From: a bacterium | GTDB taxonomy: Bacteria > Zhuqueibacterota > Zhuqueibacteria > Residuimicrobiales > Krinioviventaceae | Assembly (NCBI GenBank): GCA_963674595.2 | Contig: CAXXFV010000035.1 | Span: forward strand, 1 to 53,695 | Length of the DNA stretch: 53,695 bases | Direction: 5' to 3' | In this document: positions 51,782 through 53,695 of the stretch, piece by piece | Layout of the letters: every line of letters begins with the position of its first letter | Position numbering within the stretch: position 1 is the stretch's first letter | Position numbers and translations under genes: made by a program | The notes under the pieces: generated by a model | The model's database searches: none | What the model was told of the DNA's origin: nothing | What the model saw: only the letters and a program-made list of their open reading frames with translations

Positions 51782-51805
51782 AGCTGCATTTCATGCAGCT
51801 TTTTT
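51780..51805 (+). terminator. Intrinsic terminator-like hairpin with U tract
   Basis: aaagctgcat-ttc-atgcagcttt followed by ttt. Confidence 0.55.
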
Positions 51806-51814
51806 AATATTGAT

Positions 51815-52906
51815 ATGATCCCTGAAATCACTGATAAATATATTAAAAAATTCCAGCAAAATATTATCACCTGGTACAATAATGAAAAACGTGACCTTCC
51901 CTGGCGAAGAACCTCCGATCCCTATAAAATATGGATTTCCGAGATAATGCTTCAACAGACACAGGTTATCAAAGTTATCGATTATTATCTGAAATTTACA
52001 GAGGCATTCCCGGACATAATATCTCTTGCGCAAGCAGAGCTTGATGATGTATTAAAAAAATGGGAAGGATTGGGATATTATGCACGCGCCCGAAACATGC
52101 ACCGGGCAGCAAATGAAATTGTTAAAAACCATAATGGGAATTTCCCCAATCAATACGAACAAATTATAAAACTACCGGGAATCGGTCATTATTCAGCGGC
52201 AGCGATTTCCAGTATTGCTTTTAATCTCAACCATGCAGTCGTTGATGGGAACGTTATTCGTGTTTTGGCCCGGTTATTTGAAATAAACACATTACCAAAA
52301 TCTAATGACGGGAAAAAGCTATTTAACAATATTGCTGAAAAATTGCTTGACCATAGTCAGGCCGGAACTTACAACCAGGCTGTTATGGAATTGGGAGCGC
52401 TGGTTTGTACTCCCCAAAATCCCAAATGCCAGGTTTGCCCTGTTATTGATTTGTGCCGATCTCAAAAAAACGGACACCAATTGAATTATCCGCAAAAAAC
52501 ACCTGCGAAATCCAGACCGCATTTTCAAATAGCTGCCGGAATTATTTTCCACAAAAATAAAATTCTCATTGCGCGGCGTCCGGAAAACGGTCTGTTGGGA
52601 GGTTTATGGGAATTTCCCGGCGGTAAACAGGAAAAGGACGAGACTTTGGAACAAACGGTTGTACGTGAAGTAAAAGAAGAAACCGACATCCGGGTCCGGG
52701 TGGATTCATTATTAACCACTGTCAACCATCAATACAGCCATTTTACAATAACGCTGCATGCATTTATGTGCTGTTATATTTCCGGTGATCCGAAACCCAT
52801 TGGCTGTACTGAGTTACAATGGGTTGAAAAAAAACAATTGGACGATTTTGCTTTCCCTAAAGCAAATGTTAAAATTATAGAAAAATTAAAAACAGTCGAG
52901 CTATGA
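51815..52906 (+). CDS. mutY: A/G-specific adenine glycosylase with C-terminal NUDIX-like domain
   Basis: 'RDLPWR', 'SEIMLQQTQV', 'WEGLGYYARARN', 'LPGIG', 'VDGNVIRV', Fe-S motif C-x6-C-x2-C-x5-C, 'LWEFPGG'. Confidence 0.96.
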   Translation: MIPEITDKYIKKFQQNIITWYNNEKRDLPWRRTSDPYKIWISEIMLQQTQVIKVIDYYLKFTEAFPDIISLAQAELDDVLKKWEGLGYYARARNMHRAANEIVKNHNGNFPNQYEQIIKLPGIGHYSAAAISSIAFNLNHAVVDGNVIRVLARLFEINTLPKSNDGKKLFNNIAEKLLDHSQAGTYNQAVMELGALVCTPQNPKCQVCPVIDLCRSQKNGHQLNYPQKTPAKSRPHFQIAAGIIFHKNKILIARRPENGLLGGLWEFPGGKQEKDETLEQTVVREVKEETDIRVRVDSLLTTVNHQYSHFTITLHAFMCCYISGDPKPIGCTELQWVEKKQLDDFAFPKANVKIIEKLKTVEL

Positions 52907-53695
52907 TATATAGTTGGGATGACATTGAAAATTTACGGGACCCGATTTATCATCGAACTCCGGTCAAACAAATTCGCACCATCGAAATGGCTCTTGATTT
53001 TGTGAACAAGGTAGGGTTCTGTTTTGCCTTTAAAGCCAATAATTCGGAATTGCCCTGCCTGTGGCATGCCGCCTGTGGTGAACGAGACCCGGAATATCCT
53101 TTGCATACCCATCACGATCCCTATATCAGCCTGGTCTGGCAGGCCAAAGACACGTTGCCGGGCAATAAAAGTATTTATTACGGCAAGGCGCTTAAAAAAC
53201 GACCGACCATGATTTCTTTGGAATATTTTCCATACTTTTACGCTTTACGGCACCAAAACTCAGCCACTCACTCTTATATGACGGAATATATGCGCGGAGA
53301 GTTATCACCAGAGGCAAAACAAATTATAGACGCGCTGGAAGAGAATTCACCCCAAATTACAGCCGACCTTAAACTTGCAAGCAAAATGGCCCACCCGCAA
53401 AAAAGATATATTTTTGACCGGGCAATGGCCGAACTGCAAAGCAAAATGTATATTGTAAAAATTGCCGAATTTTACGATCCGTTTACGTTTTTATGGGAAC
53501 GAGTTGAAAAAAGATTTGTCCAGGAATGTCAACAAGCTGCTGATACTTCCCGTGAGACCGCACTTAAAAAAATACTATTGAACTATTTTAAAAACGTACT
53601 GATTTCAAGGCCGCAAAATATTAATAGATTGTTTGGCTGGAATATTAAAGAGATCAATGACAGTCTTGACACTCTGGTCATGCAGGGACACATAT
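52903..53695 (+). CDS. AlkZ/YcaQ-related winged-helix protein; runs off the right edge
   Basis: ATG 52903 overlaps the mutY stop. Manual translation of the first ~115 codons gives MIYSWDDIENLRDPIY...ALDFVNKVGFCF...LVWQAKDTLP...IYYGKALKKRPTMISLEYFPYF. Its absence from the ORF track is consistent with no stop before the edge. Confidence 0.6.
   Translation, partial: MIYSWDDIENLRDPIYHRTPVKQIRTIEMALDFVNKVGFCFAFKANNSELPCLWHAACGERDPEYPLHTHHDPYISLVWQAKDTLPGNKSIYYGKALKKRPTMISLEYFPYFYALRHQNSATHSYMTEYMRGELSPEAKQIIDALEENSPQITADLKLASKMAHPQKRYIFDRAMAELQSKMYIVKIAEFYDPFTFLWERVEKRFVQECQQAADTSRETALKKILLNYFKNVLISRPQNINRLFGWNIKEINDSLDTLVMQGHI

Noticed and set aside
294-53212. Numerous 60-145-aa ORFs overlapping larger genes on the opposite strand or in other frames
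   Set aside because: They lie inside well-supported CDSs and lack recognisable motifs, so they were treated as shadow ORFs.

Overview
AT-rich bacterial window, probably from an FCB-group lineage such as KSB1 or Calditrichota. That is inferred from the many secreted proteins ending in an NYPNPFN-type T9SS-A/FlgD-like C-terminal domain (CTD). There are three blocks. (1) 1-14.7 kb, minus strand: a surface-protein locus with one STN-domain TonB-dependent receptor, three ~640-aa DUF4249-like lipoprotein paralogs, and seven ~270-aa lipoproteins of an unrecognised family, six of them in a tandem array. Both apparent operon heads carry the same ECF-sigma-like motif, ATGTAAATG-N12-ATACGTC. (2) 19.8-37.1 kb, plus strand: a lipoprotein, a GAF-sigma54 activator and a Ser/Thr kinase-PEGA module, followed by sigma54-like promoters and a run of secreted CTD-tagged proteins (Kelch, vWA, two VIT-vWA, a propeller-Ig protein, FG-GAP). 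(3) Housekeeping and carbohydrate genes: VOC, MATE, cysE, GH20, ThuA-like, FAD oxidoreductase, YecA-like, Gfo/Idh/MocA, CE15-like, sialidase-like, sfsA, lysophospholipase, carbamoyltransferase, glucuronokinase-like, mutY and AlkZ-like. Several frameshifts sit in homopolymers, densely at 30.4-31.8 kb, and are most likely sequencing errors. I saw no rRNA, tRNA, CRISPR array or mobile element. All family calls come from motif recognition by eye, not database searches.
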